DNA from: Mesorhizobium sp. 65-26
Lineage (GTDB): Bacteria; Pseudomonadota; Alphaproteobacteria; Rhizobiales; Rhizobiaceae
Direction: 5' to 3'
Length of the DNA: 64,000 nt
Assembly (NCBI RefSeq): GCF_001899205.1
Contig: NZ_MKVL01000010.1
Location: 117,166 to 181,165, forward strand
Shown here: positions 53,121-62,001 of the stretch, piece after piece
Numbering within the stretch: position 1 is the stretch's first letter
Layout of the letters: each line of letters begins with the position of its first letter
The notes under the pieces: generated by a model
Database searches by the model: none
Told to the model about the DNA's origin: nothing
What the model saw: only the letters and a program-made list of their open reading frames with translations
Made by a program: the position numbers and the translations under genes

Positions 53121-53783
53121 ATGGAAAACCGCTCCGCGGTTTTCCGGGAATCGCTCTATGCTCCAGGCATGGAAGAGATCGATACGCGTCAGGCAATCAA
53201 GGACACGGCGCTGGAGCTGCTGGTGCGGCGCGGCTATCGCGGCACCAGCTTTGGCGATATTTCGACGGCGCTCAGCACCACGCGCGCCAACATCCACTAC
53301 CATTTCGGCAACAAGCAGGCCCTGGTGGAGGAGGTTCTGGACGATTACATGCGCGCGACACTCGGCGCGCTGCGCTCGGTGTGGGATGCCGAAGGTATCG
53401 ATCTCGCCGGCCAGATCGCGGCGATGATCGGCTACAGCCGCGCCCGCTTCATGCATTTCAACCCGACCGGCCAGGAGGGGCAGGCCTGGAGCCTGATCTC
53501 GCGGCTGAGGCAGGACGCGGACCTGCTCGGCCCGCGCGGCCGCGCCATGCTCGACCATTTCGGCGCGGAGCTTTCAGCATTGTTCTCGGAGGCGCTGTCG
53601 GCTGCGGCGAAGCGGGGCGAGCTTCGCGCCGACATCGTCCCGGCCGACGCGGCGCTGCTGTTTGCGGCGATCGCCGACAACGCCGCGCCGATCACGCTCG
53701 CCGAAGGTGGCTTCGAGCGGCTGGAGCGCGCCTATGACGCGCTGGGCCGCATGATCGGCGCGGGACGGGCCGACCGGAACTAG
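53121..53783 (+). CDS. TetR/AcrR-family transcriptional regulator
   Basis: IKDTALELLVRRGYRGTSFGDIS..LSTTRANIHYHFGNKQAL; start 53121 or 53169. Confidence 0.93.
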   Translation: MENRSAVFRESLYAPGMEEIDTRQAIKDTALELLVRRGYRGTSFGDISTALSTTRANIHYHFGNKQALVEEVLDDYMRATLGALRSVWDAEGIDLAGQIAAMIGYSRARFMHFNPTGQEGQAWSLISRLRQDADLLGPRGRAMLDHFGAELSALFSEALSAAAKRGELRADIVPADAALLFAAIADNAAPITLAEGGFERLERAYDALGRMIGAGRADRN

Positions 53784-53808
53784 GCGGTCCGGCCGGGATT
53801 CCGAAGTC

Positions 53809-54333
53809 TCAAATGGCGCCGTAGATCGCGGTCGCCAGCGCCGTCGGTCCACCCGAATAGGTCGGCAGCGACTGCGCGAGGGCGGGGTTGGTGGCTTCGA
53901 GCTTGGCGTTCACCGCCTCGATGATCGCTGGCGTCAGCGGCTTGTTGGCCGCCGCCGAGAGTGCGGAGGCCAATTGCGCCAGTGTTGGGGGCGTGGTGCC
54001 GGTGGCCGGCGCGAGATAGTTCTGCAGCAGGCCGGCATAGACCACCGCCACCTTGCCGATCTCTGACTTCGGCGACGCATTGGCGAGCGCCTTGGGCGAG
54101 GCATGAATGAAGCCGTTGAGGGCGCCGAGAGCGCTGGCGGAATTGCCGTTCGACGTTGTTCCCGCGTCCTGCGTCGCATCGGCCGACTTGCCGTAGGCAT
54201 GACCATTGCCGTTGCCGCCGGCATTGCCACTGCCGCCGCTCTTGGCCAGGGCCGGCGACGCGGCCAGCGCCGCGCCGAGCAGGACAGCGGCGACCGATCT
54301 CGAGGAGAAGCGAATCGTGAAAGTGGGCAGCAT
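53809..54333 (-). CDS. Secreted Gly/Asn-rich hypothetical protein
   Basis: RBS AGGAGG; signal peptide (..AASPALA-K), GGSGNAGGNGNGHAYGK, LGALNGFIHASPKALANASPKSEIG. C-terminal part of track ORF 53809..55335. Confidence 0.8.
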   Translation of the reverse strand: MLPTFTIRFSSRSVAAVLLGAALAASPALAKSGGSGNAGGNGNGHAYGKSADATQDAGTTSNGNSASALGALNGFIHASPKALANASPKSEIGKVAVVYAGLLQNYLAPATGTTPPTLAQLASALSAAANKPLTPAIIEAVNAKLEATNPALAQSLPTYSGGPTALATAIYGAI

Positions 54334-54489
54334 GGGGGTCCTCCTTGTCTGGAGCCTCCTTCCTTCCGGCGGTTGTTGGTGGAAATGTGGTCGCCAGCTT
54401 ACCGATCCGTAAGGAACGCTCTCCGTCGCATGGCTGCTTGAGAATCGTGATGCCATCGGCAAGATGGGCGCGATATCGAGGCATGGATC

Positions 54490-55212
54490 ATGAACAGGAC
54501 GACTTCCGGCAAGCCTTCCAGCCGATCCGCCGGACGCGGCGGGGGCATGACGCTGAGCGAGGCGCACGTGGCGCGCACGCTGCGCGAGGTGGCCGATGCC
54601 GGGCCGACGCCCGGTATGGTTCACATGGTCGACGCCGACTATGTCCGCATCCGCGACGAGATACTGGCCGCGGCGCCGCCCGGCCCGCTGAAGCTGTTCG
54701 CCTATGGTTCGCTGCTGTGGAAACCGGCGGCGGAGGTGAGGGGCGGCGAGCGCGTGGTGGCGGCCGGCTGGCACCGCGCCTTCTGCTTCAGTGTCCTGCG
54801 CTATCGCGGCACGGTGGAGCGGCCGGGCCTGATGATGGCGCTCGACCGGGGCGGCCAGTGCCAGGGCATGGTGTTCGAGATCGCCGAGCCGGTGGCGGCC
54901 AATCTCGAGGCGCTGCTGCGGCGCGAGATGACGATCCTGCCGCCGGTCAACGTGCCGCGCTGGCTGCATGTGCGCGGCGCCGGCGGCGCCATGCGGGCGC
55001 TGGGCTTCGTCGTCGATCCGGCCAATCCGCGTTATGTCGGCAAGCTCCCGAAGCGCGCGGTGGCGGCGACGCTCGCCACCGCCGTGGGCCACTGGGGATC
55101 TGGCGCGCAGTATCTCTATGAGACCATCCGGCACCTCGACGCCTGCGGCATCCGCGACCGCAACCTGTGGGAATTGCAGGCGATGGTGGCCGAAGCGATC
55201 GAGGCCGGTTGA
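54490..55212 (+). CDS. chaC: Gamma-glutamylcyclotransferase, ChaC family
   Basis: LFAYGSLLWKP, GWHRAFC, RYRGTVERPGLMMALDRGG.C.G, LLRREM, G..AQYLYET. Confidence 0.9.
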   Translation: MNRTTSGKPSSRSAGRGGGMTLSEAHVARTLREVADAGPTPGMVHMVDADYVRIRDEILAAAPPGPLKLFAYGSLLWKPAAEVRGGERVVAAGWHRAFCFSVLRYRGTVERPGLMMALDRGGQCQGMVFEIAEPVAANLEALLRREMTILPPVNVPRWLHVRGAGGAMRALGFVVDPANPRYVGKLPKRAVAATLATAVGHWGSGAQYLYETIRHLDACGIRDRNLWELQAMVAEAIEAG

Positions 55213-55228
55213 GACGGGGGGTAGCCGC

Positions 55229-57238
55229 ATGACCGATTTCCACCTCGTCGAGGCATCCATCGCGGCGACGCGGCAGGCTCTGGAGGAAGGTGTCGTCACC
55301 AGTGTCGAACTGGTGGCCGCGTGCCTGAGGCGCATCGGCTTCTACGACCGTCAAGGCATTGCGCTCAATGCCGTTCCCGTGCTGAACCCCGCCATGTTCG
55401 AGGAGGCGCTGGCCTCGGACCTGCGGCGCCGCGAGGGCAGGGCGCTGGGACCTCTCGACGGCATCCCCTACACGGCCAAGGATAGCTACAAGGCGAAGGG
55501 CCTTACCGTCGCCGCCGGTTCGCCGGCCTTCGAGCATCTGGTCGCTGGCGGTGATGCCTTCACCATCGCCCGGCTGCGGGCGGCCGGCGCGGTGCTGATC
55601 GGGCTCACCAACATGTCGCCCATGGCCAATGGCGGCATGCAGCGCGGCGTCTACGGCCGCGCCGAAAGTCCCTACAACGGCGACTGGCTGACCGCCGCCT
55701 TCGGCTCCGGCTCGTCGAACGGTTCGGGCACGGCGACGGCCGCGTCCTTCGCCGTCTTCGGGCTGGGCGAGGAGACATGGTCGTCCGGCCGGGCACCGGC
55801 CTCCAACAACGCGCTGGTCGCCTACACGCCGTCGCGCGGCGTGATCTCGGTGCGTGGCAACTGGCCCCTCGTGCCGACCATGGATGTGGTCGTGCCGCAC
55901 ACACGCAGCGTCGCCGATATGCTGGAACTGCTCGATGTCATCGTCGCCGACGATCCGGACACGCGCGGCGACTTCTGGCGGAGCCAGCCCTGGGTGCCAA
56001 TCCCCAAGGCCTCCTCGTTGCGGCCGTCGAGCTACGCTGAGCTGGAACTGGACGGCGCGCTTGCCGGCAAGCGGCTTGGCGTGCCGAAGATGTATATCGG
56101 GCGCGACGCCGGCTCGGCGCGGCCGATCGAAACCCGTGCTTCGGTGCTGGCGCTGTGGCGGCAGGCTGCGCGCGATCTGGAAGCGCTCGGCGCCGAGGTC
56201 GTCGAGGTCGATTTTCCCGTGGTCTCGAATTACGAGCGCGACCGGCCGGGCACGCGCTCGATGGTCGATCGGGGGCTGGTGCCGGCCGAATTCGCGGAGC
56301 GCGAACTCTGGGATCTGTCGATCTGGGCCTGGGACGATTTCCTGCGCGCCAACGGCGATCCGGCGATCCCCGATCTCGCCTCGGTCGACGGCGTGAAGAT
56401 CTTCCCGCCGCCGCCAGGCGCCCTGCCGGACCGCTACGGCGCCGACGATCTCGACCTCGCCGACTATGTGGCGCGCGCCAGGCAAGGCGTCGTGCCGCTG
56501 GAGCGGATCCCGGCGATCGAGGACGGCATCAGGGGGCTGGAGGCGACGCGGCGCATCGATTTCGAGGAATGGCTCGAGGCAAGCGGGCTCGACGCGGTGG
56601 TGCTGCCGGCCGTCGCCGATGTCGGCCCGGCCGACGCCGACGTCAACGAGGCCTCGGCCGATCTTGCCTGGCGCAACGGCACATGGGTGGCCAACGGCAA
56701 TCTGGTCTGGCGCCATCTCGGCATCCCGACCGTGACGGTGCCGATGGGCACGATGGCCGATATCGGCATGCCGGTCGGCCTCACCTTCGCCGGCAAGGCC
56801 CATGATGATACGGCGCTGCTGCGCATGGCGGGCCACTACGAGCGGCACACTGGGCGACGCACCCAGCCGCCGCGCACGCCCGAACTGCCTGGCGATGTCT
56901 TTGCCGCGAGGGCCGGGACATCGCAGGCCCAAGAGGGTGACGTGCCCGACGTCCGGCTGAGCGCCGGAACGACGCACCGGGGCGGCGAGGACGAAATCCT
57001 GGTCATACTCCAAGTCAAGCCTGCGGGCGGGCAGGTGGCCGTGCATGTCAACGGCATCCCGTTGGCGGTGCATGACGCGGGCGGACGCCTCGAAGGGCGG
57101 ATTTCGGTCCCGGCTTCGACCCATCAAGGTGTTCACAGCACCTGGCGAGGCGCCTACGGCTCGATCGTCACCGCGGTGGCGCGGCTGCCGGGTGGGCTGG
57201 CAGCTGGAGCTTACGTCGTTACCGGAGGGATCGGATGA
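55229..57238 (+). CDS. Amidase signature family protein with ~110-aa C-terminal extension
   Basis: LDGIPYTAKD (Lys), GSGSSNGSG (cis-Ser), LGEETWSSGRAPAS (nucleophile Ser), PVGLTFAG. Confidence 0.92.
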   Translation: MTDFHLVEASIAATRQALEEGVVTSVELVAACLRRIGFYDRQGIALNAVPVLNPAMFEEALASDLRRREGRALGPLDGIPYTAKDSYKAKGLTVAAGSPAFEHLVAGGDAFTIARLRAAGAVLIGLTNMSPMANGGMQRGVYGRAESPYNGDWLTAAFGSGSSNGSGTATAASFAVFGLGEETWSSGRAPASNNALVAYTPSRGVISVRGNWPLVPTMDVVVPHTRSVADMLELLDVIVADDPDTRGDFWRSQPWVPIPKASSLRPSSYAELELDGALAGKRLGVPKMYIGRDAGSARPIETRASVLALWRQAARDLEALGAEVVEVDFPVVSNYERDRPGTRSMVDRGLVPAEFAERELWDLSIWAWDDFLRANGDPAIPDLASVDGVKIFPPPPGALPDRYGADDLDLADYVARARQGVVPLERIPAIEDGIRGLEATRRIDFEEWLEASGLDAVVLPAVADVGPADADVNEASADLAWRNGTWVANGNLVWRHLGIPTVTVPMGTMADIGMPVGLTFAGKAHDDTALLRMAGHYERHTGRRTQPPRTPELPGDVFAARAGTSQAQEGDVPDVRLSAGTTHRGGEDEILVILQVKPAGGQVAVHVNGIPLAVHDAGGRLEGRISVPASTHQGVHSTWRGAYGSIVTAVARLPGGLAAGAYVVTGGIG

Positions 57239-57325
57239 GGGCGCCGCCGTCACCTTGCCCTTCGCTTTCTGAATCGACGGATGGCCGCAAGCGCCTGCCT
57301 TCAAAGGCTTTCCCGCCTCGGTCGC

Positions 57326-58396
57326 TCAGAGTGCCGTGCCGCGCTCGCTGTCGAAGATGTGCAGTGCCTCGGGTGGGAAGGAGAGCCGCAGCCGGTCGCC
57401 ATCACGGGCGGCGAAGTCGGCCTTGACGATGGCGAGCAGGTCGCTTCCGGCCGCCTCCACCACCAGATGTGTCTGCGGGCCGGTGGGCTCGGCGACCTTC
57501 AGCGTTCCCGCCAGCGTGCCGCTCTCGCGCTCCACCACGATGCTCTCCGGGCGCACGCCGAGCGTCACCTTGCCCGTCTTCGAAGCGAGGGGCCGGGCGG
57601 GCAGCGCGATCTCGGTGCCGTCGGACAGTTCGGCCTTCTGGCCCGAACCGGTGTCCTTCAACCTGGCCTCGATGAAGTTCATCGAGGGCGAGCCGATGAA
57701 GCCGGCGACGAACAGGTTCGCGGGCCTGTTGTAGAGTTCCAGCGGCGAGCCCACCTGCTCGATCGTGCCGCGGTTGAGCACGACGATGCGGTCGGCCAGC
57801 GTCATCGCCTCGATCTGGTCGTGCGTGACGTAGACGGCGGTGGTCTTGACGCGGTGGTGCAGCAGCTTGATCTCGCCGCGCATCTGCACACGCAGCTTGG
57901 CGTCGAGATTGCTGAGTGGTTCATCGAACAGGAAGACCGAGGGATTGCGCACGATGGCGCGGCCCATGGCGACGCGCTGGCGCTGGCCGCCGGAAAGCTG
58001 GCCCGGCCGACGTTCCAGCAGATCGACCAGGTCGAGCATGCGCGCGGCTTCCTCGACGCGCCTGGCGATCTCCTGCTTGTCCTTGCCGGAGAGCTTCAGG
58101 TTGAAAGCCATGTTCTGCGCCACCGTCATGTGCGGGTACAGCGCATAGCTCTGGAAGACCATGGCGACGTTGCGGTCGCGCGGGCTGTCGTCGTTGACGA
58201 CCTTGCCGTCGAGCAGGATGTCGCCGCGCGTCGCGTTCTCCAGCCCCGAGATGATGCGCAGCAGCGTCGACTTTCCGCAGCCTGAGGGGCCGACCAGGGC
58301 GACGAACTCGCCATCGGCGATGTCGAGGTCGATACCCTTGATGATGTTCGCCGCGCCGAAGGACTTCTCGACGCCACGCAACTGTATGGATGCCAT
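57326..58396 (-). CDS. CUT1 ABC transporter ATP-binding protein (MalK/UgpC-like)
   Basis: [46 protein letters not shown]. Confidence 0.97.
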   Translation of the reverse strand: MASIQLRGVEKSFGAANIIKGIDLDIADGEFVALVGPSGCGKSTLLRIISGLENATRGDILLDGKVVNDDSPRDRNVAMVFQSYALYPHMTVAQNMAFNLKLSGKDKQEIARRVEEAARMLDLVDLLERRPGQLSGGQRQRVAMGRAIVRNPSVFLFDEPLSNLDAKLRVQMRGEIKLLHHRVKTTAVYVTHDQIEAMTLADRIVVLNRGTIEQVGSPLELYNRPANLFVAGFIGSPSMNFIEARLKDTGSGQKAELSDGTEIALPARPLASKTGKVTLGVRPESIVVERESGTLAGTLKVAEPTGPQTHLVVEAAGSDLLAIVKADFAARDGDRLRLSFPPEALHIFDSERGTAL

Positions 58397-58416
58397 GCTC
58401 AGCCTCCTGTCATATC

Positions 58417-58434
58417 CGGATCGCCGGCGATCCG
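58417..58434. promoter_or_regulatory. Perfect 18-bp palindrome CGGATCGCCGGCGATCCG
   Basis: Seen directly, ~20 bp upstream of the MalK-like start inside the operon spacer. Confidence 0.5.
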
Positions 58435-58553
58435 ATGCCGTGCGCTGTGCTCCGAAACAGATTCAGGCACCGTGCGTTCGGCCTTGTTTTCGTGTTGTTT
58501 TCCCCTCGCGCACGCCCCCGGAGCGGATCCCGGGGGCGGCCCGCGGCAATGCC

Positions 58554-59390
58554 TCAGCCGCGCAGCGCGCGCACCGTGTCCATCAGCGCCTTGACCTTGC
58601 CGAGTACGACCTTGTCGCCATGCATCTTGCCATTGCCCTTGACGTAGCTGCCGACGATGGCGCCGTCGGCGACCGACAGGAGCTCGGCGGCGTTCTCGCT
58701 GCTGAAGCCGCTGCCGACCAGGATCGGCCCGACCGAGCCGGCGCGGATCTGCTTGACCTCGGAGGGGGCGGTGGCGTGGCCCGTGCGGGTGCCGGTGGCG
58801 ATCAGCACTTCGGCGCCGAAGAACTCGACGTCGCGCGCCTGGTCCTCGATGTCGCGGTCGCCGACGATGGCGTGGCTGCCATGCTTCACGTGGACGTCGG
58901 CCAGCACCACGATGTCCTCGCCGTCGAGCGCGCGGCGATAGCGCATGGCCTGCGAGGCCGCGCCTTCGACGATGCCCTCATTGGCGACATAGGCGTTGGC
59001 CCACTGGTTGACGCGCACGAACTGCGCGCCCGAGCTCTTGGCGCAGGCGAGCGAGGCCTTGGCGGCGTTGGCGACGATGTTGAAGCCGAGCGGCAGCTTC
59101 GTGGCCCGGCGCACGCGGTCGCCGATCACCGACATGCCGCCGATGGTCTCGAAGCCGATGTCGTCGGGCTTGAGGAAGGGAATGTCGCCGGCGTTCTCCA
59201 GAAGGATGCCGTCGACGCCGCCTTCCTCGAGGATCAGCGCTTCCTCCACCGCCTGCTCGTAGACCTGCGCGAGCGAGCCGTTGCGGTAATAGGGCGAGCC
59301 GGGCAGGGGCAGCACATGCACCATGCCGATGATCGGCTTGCTCGTACCGAACAGACGCTCCAGCACGGGCTTACTCTCGCGGGTAGTCAT
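58554..59390 (-). CDS. BtpA/SgcQ family protein (TIM barrel)
   Basis: KPIIGMVHVLPLPGSP, DGILLENAGDIPF, ADVHVKHGSHA, LIATGTRTG, DGAIVGS. Confidence 0.92.
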   Translation of the reverse strand: MTTRESKPVLERLFGTSKPIIGMVHVLPLPGSPYYRNGSLAQVYEQAVEEALILEEGGVDGILLENAGDIPFLKPDDIGFETIGGMSVIGDRVRRATKLPLGFNIVANAAKASLACAKSSGAQFVRVNQWANAYVANEGIVEGAASQAMRYRRALDGEDIVVLADVHVKHGSHAIVGDRDIEDQARDVEFFGAEVLIATGTRTGHATAPSEVKQIRAGSVGPILVGSGFSSENAAELLSVADGAIVGSYVKGNGKMHGDKVVLGKVKALMDTVRALRG

Positions 59391-59414
59391 TATGATCTCC
59401 TTGTTTTTCTTAGC

Positions 59415-60200
59415 TTATTGATCGATGCGCCAGATGCGGGCGGCGTTCTTCCAGAAGACCTTCTCGAGGTCCTCGTCGCTGAGCCCGATGACGCGCAGCT
59501 TTTCCTGCTCGACGCGCGGCGATTGGTAGGGGACGTCGGAGCCGTATTGCAGCCGGTCAACCGAGACGTTCTTGACGAAGGTCATGATGTCGAAGGGGTA
59601 GGCCTGCGACATGTCGACGTTGATGTTGGGATATTCCTGGCAGGCGAGGATCGCCTCCCAGAGGAAGGCGTGCATGCCGATATGGGCGAGCACGAAGGTG
59701 ACGTTCGGATAGGCCTTGGCGGCCTGCGCCTGAAGGTAGGGCAGGTCGCGCGGGGCATCGCCCGAATGCATCAGCACGGTGAGGTTGTGCTCCTCGGCCT
59801 TGTCGAGCAGTGGACCCATGACGCGCATGTCGTTGGGGCGGTAGAAGTCGTAGCCGGCGACCAGCTTGAGGCCGCGGCAGTTCCATTCGCCGACATAGCG
59901 GTCGATGAGCTGCTGGGTGTGCTCGGCGCCGAAGGTCGGGTCGATGCGGGCGACGCCGACGATACGGTCGGGATATTTCATGGCGGCGATGCCGACGTCG
60001 CCATTGGCCTCGTTGTAGTCGGCGTCCCAGGGGGGCGTCTGACGCCGGTCGTGCGGGAACAGGACGCCATGCGAGGCGCCCTGCTCGTCGAGCAGGCGGA
60101 TCACGCTGTCGGGCTCGCCCCGCACGAGGTAGGGAACGCAGGTGTTGGCGGCGACGTTCTTGTCGGTGCCGTAGTGCATGTGGGCGTCGATTATTCTCAC
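59415..60200 (-). CDS. Amidohydrolase_2 family metal-dependent hydrolase
   Basis: GTG start; IIDAHMHYG, GLKL, VLMHSG, VLAHIG, LQYGSDVP. Confidence 0.9.
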   Translation of the reverse strand: MRIIDAHMHYGTDKNVAANTCVPYLVRGEPDSVIRLLDEQGASHGVLFPHDRRQTPPWDADYNEANGDVGIAAMKYPDRIVGVARIDPTFGAEHTQQLIDRYVGEWNCRGLKLVAGYDFYRPNDMRVMGPLLDKAEEHNLTVLMHSGDAPRDLPYLQAQAAKAYPNVTFVLAHIGMHAFLWEAILACQEYPNINVDMSQAYPFDIMTFVKNVSVDRLQYGSDVPYQSPRVEQEKLRVIGLSDEDLEKVFWKNAARIWRIDQ

Positions 60201-61141
60201 AGCGAAAGCTTCCTTCCAAAATTGGCCTCGAACCGCTCCGCTACCTGGGCGAGGCTCGGCAGGTTGGTCTGGCAACCCCATTTCTCGATCACGAAACTGG
60301 CGACGGTGGCGCCGATGCGGGCGGCGGTCTCGTTGGACTGGCCGGCGATCAGGCCTTTCAGCGTGCCGGCGACGAAGGAGTCGCCCGCGCCGGTGGAATC
60401 GACGAAGGTGGCCGGCTTGACCGACGGCATGTCCTGGCGGCCGTCGTTGCTGTACCAGGCGCTGCCCTCGCCGCCGCGCGTCACCACCACCAGGCGCGGC
60501 CCGTGCGGCAGGATGTCGGCGGGAGAGGCGGCGCCGAGCGAGCGCATCAACTCGTCCGCCTCGCCGCGGCTGAGGAACAGGATGTCGGTGGCGGCGAGGA
60601 AGCGCGGTGCCAGCGCGCCAGCGGTCGCGACCATGCCGTTGATGGCGGTGAGCGCGCCGGTGCGGCGACCGTGCTCGATGGCATCGAGCGTATAGGGGCT
60701 GAAGGCCTCGCTGATGACGACGGCGCCGGAGCGCTCGATCTCCTCAAGCGGCGCGCGCCAGTCGTCCTGCTTCTCGGCGATGCCCAGATGCGAGACGCAG
60801 AAGCCGCCATTGGCGGCGTCGAAGAAGTTGAAGCTGTGGCCGGAGCGTTCGCCAGCCACCACCTCGACGCCGCCGAGATCGACGCCGTTGCGGATCATGT
60901 GATCGGCATAACCGGAACTGCGGAAGTCGTCGCCGACCACCATGCCGAGGCCGACCTTCATGCCGAGGGCGCCGGCGACGGCGGCGATGTTGGCGCTGCA
61001 GTCGCCGAAGTGAATGGCCTCCACCTCTTCCATGGGCATGTCCAGCGGCACGGTCTCGCCGTCGCGGGGCAGGCGCTTCATGCGCAGCAGGTGGTCGAAG
61101 ATGGTCCACGACCCGATGGAGAAAAGCTCGAGCGTCTTCAT
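60197..61141 (-). CDS. PfkB-family carbohydrate kinase
   Basis: GDCSANIA, VVVTRGGEGS, VDSTGAGDSF. Confidence 0.92.
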   Translation of the reverse strand: MKTLELFSIGSWTIFDHLLRMKRLPRDGETVPLDMPMEEVEAIHFGDCSANIAAVAGALGMKVGLGMVVGDDFRSSGYADHMIRNGVDLGGVEVVAGERSGHSFNFFDAANGGFCVSHLGIAEKQDDWRAPLEEIERSGAVVISEAFSPYTLDAIEHGRRTGALTAINGMVATAGALAPRFLAATDILFLSRGEADELMRSLGAASPADILPHGPRLVVVTRGGEGSAWYSNDGRQDMPSVKPATFVDSTGAGDSFVAGTLKGLIAGQSNETAARIGATVASFVIEKWGCQTNLPSLAQVAERFEANFGRKLSL

Positions 61142-62001
61142 TTGACGGCTCCCATGGTCAGGCCGCGGGTGATCTGTTTCTGGAAGAGGACGGCGGCCAC
61201 CATGCCGGGGAAGGCCGACACCATCGCCGAGGCCGCCATCACGCCCCACTTGATCTGGTCGAAGGTCATCGCCTGCAGGATGCCCATGGTGACCGGGCGC
61301 GTGCTGCCGCCGGCGAGCACGAGGCCGAAGATCATGTTGTTCCAGCTGAAGATGAAGGCGATCATCATCGCGCTAGCGATGCCGGGGCGGGCGATCGGCA
61401 CGACGATCGAGGTGAGAATGGTCCAGATGCCGGCGCCGTCGATGCGCGCGGCCTCCTCGATCTCGATCGGCATGTCGCGGAAGAAGGACGCCAGGATCAG
61501 GATGATCAGCGGCAGCGTGATCAGCTGGTGCACCAGGATCATGCCGGCATAGGTGTCGTAGAGGCCGATGCGGGTGTAGATCACATAGAGCGGCAGGATG
61601 ATGACCAGCTCCGGCGCGAAGCGGAACGACAGGAAGGTGAAGCGCAGCTTGTCGGACGTCTTGTCGCGACGCCTTGCCAGCGCGTAGGCGGCGGGGATGC
61701 CGATCAGCGCCGAAAGGAGTACCGCGCCACCGGAGATGATGACCGAGTTCATCAGGAACTTGATAAGGTCGGGCAGCTGGCCGCTCGCCCGTTCAGCCTC
61801 GCTGCCGAACAGCACTTCGGCATAGTTGGAGAGCGTCGGCGTGAACAGGAAACGCGGCGGATAGGCGATGATGTCGCCGAAGTTCTTGATCGACATCATG
61901 AAGATCCAGACCAGCGGGAACAGCACGAAGCCGGCGAAGGCGACATAGCAGAGGAAAAGCCCGAGCCTGCCGGGCAGGGCGCGAAGGGTCTTAGAGGCCA
62001 C
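61138..62001 (-). CDS. CUT1 ABC transporter permease
   Basis: NSVIIS, IPAAYAL, EIEEAARIDGA, FIFSWN. Confidence 0.95.
   Translation of the reverse strand: MASKTLRALPGRLGLFLCYVAFAGFVLFPLVWIFMMSIKNFGDIIAYPPRFLFTPTLSNYAEVLFGSEAERASGQLPDLIKFLMNSVIISGGAVLLSALIGIPAAYALARRRDKTSDKLRFTFLSFRFAPELVIILPLYVIYTRIGLYDTYAGMILVHQLITLPLIILILASFFRDMPIEIEEAARIDGAGIWTILTSIVVPIARPGIASAMMIAFIFSWNNMIFGLVLAGGSTRPVTMGILQAMTFDQIKWGVMAASAMVSAFPGMVAAVLFQKQITRGLTMGAVK

Noticed and set aside
54334-55335. N-terminal 334 aa of track ORF 53809..55335
   Set aside because: Antisense to chaC and the amidase; the real gene starts at 54333 with an RBS and signal peptide.
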